Assembly: GCA_013378385.1 (NCBI GenBank)
Contig: JACAFS010000008.1
Location: forward strand, 1 to 25,780
Length of the DNA: 25,780 nt
Reading direction: 5' to 3'
Source of the DNA: Nitrososphaerota archaeon
GTDB taxonomy: Archaea; Thermoproteota; Nitrososphaeria; Nitrososphaerales; UBA57
The notes below the pieces were generated by a model that was not told the origin of the DNA, did no database searches, and worked only from the letters and a program-made list of their open reading frames with translations. The number at the start of each line of letters is the position of its first letter. Within the stretch, counting starts at the first letter, position 1. The translations under genes were made by a program, and so were the position numbers. Shown one piece after another: positions 25,759 to 25,780 of the stretch.

Positions 25759-25780
25759 ATTTCAAGAAACGAGAATTTAC

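Overview
This is an AT-rich archaeal chromosomal segment. The gene content (group II chaperonin, SRP54, Pus10, Hef-type helicase, cofD/cofC for F420, a small blue-copper protein) suggests an ammonia-oxidising thaumarchaeon of the Nitrosopumilales type, but that is an inference, not a database result. The window is densely packed with about 27 protein genes, mostly housekeeping, several joined by 4-nt start/stop overlaps. I see no CRISPR array, no transposase or integrase, and no convincing multi-gene defence or accessory system. The most unusual content is RNA-level. Two tRNA genes are heavily interrupted. A tRNA-Arg(CCT) gene (11473..11620) only folds into a 76-nt cloverleaf after four insertions are removed, and each insertion sits in bulge-helix-bulge (BHB) geometry. 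A tRNA-His(GTG) gene (18974..19076) has a 13-nt intron inside the acceptor stem plus a canonical 37/38 intron. Other points worth a second look:
- A perfect 18-nt tandem repeat at the window edge, which encodes PEPVVE repeats in a CxxC-x17-CxxC zinc-ribbon protein missing from the ORF track.
- A second small protein with related cysteine spacing, bracketed by LPVTRW motifs.
- A GC-rich island (32-codon sORF or structured leader) upstream of a CorA-like protein that lacks the GMN motif.
- An AN1 zinc finger fused to an M50 metalloprotease.
- A signal-anchored protein with an internal duplication and no recognisable domain.
All calls come from reading motifs by eye. No searches or folding programs were run.
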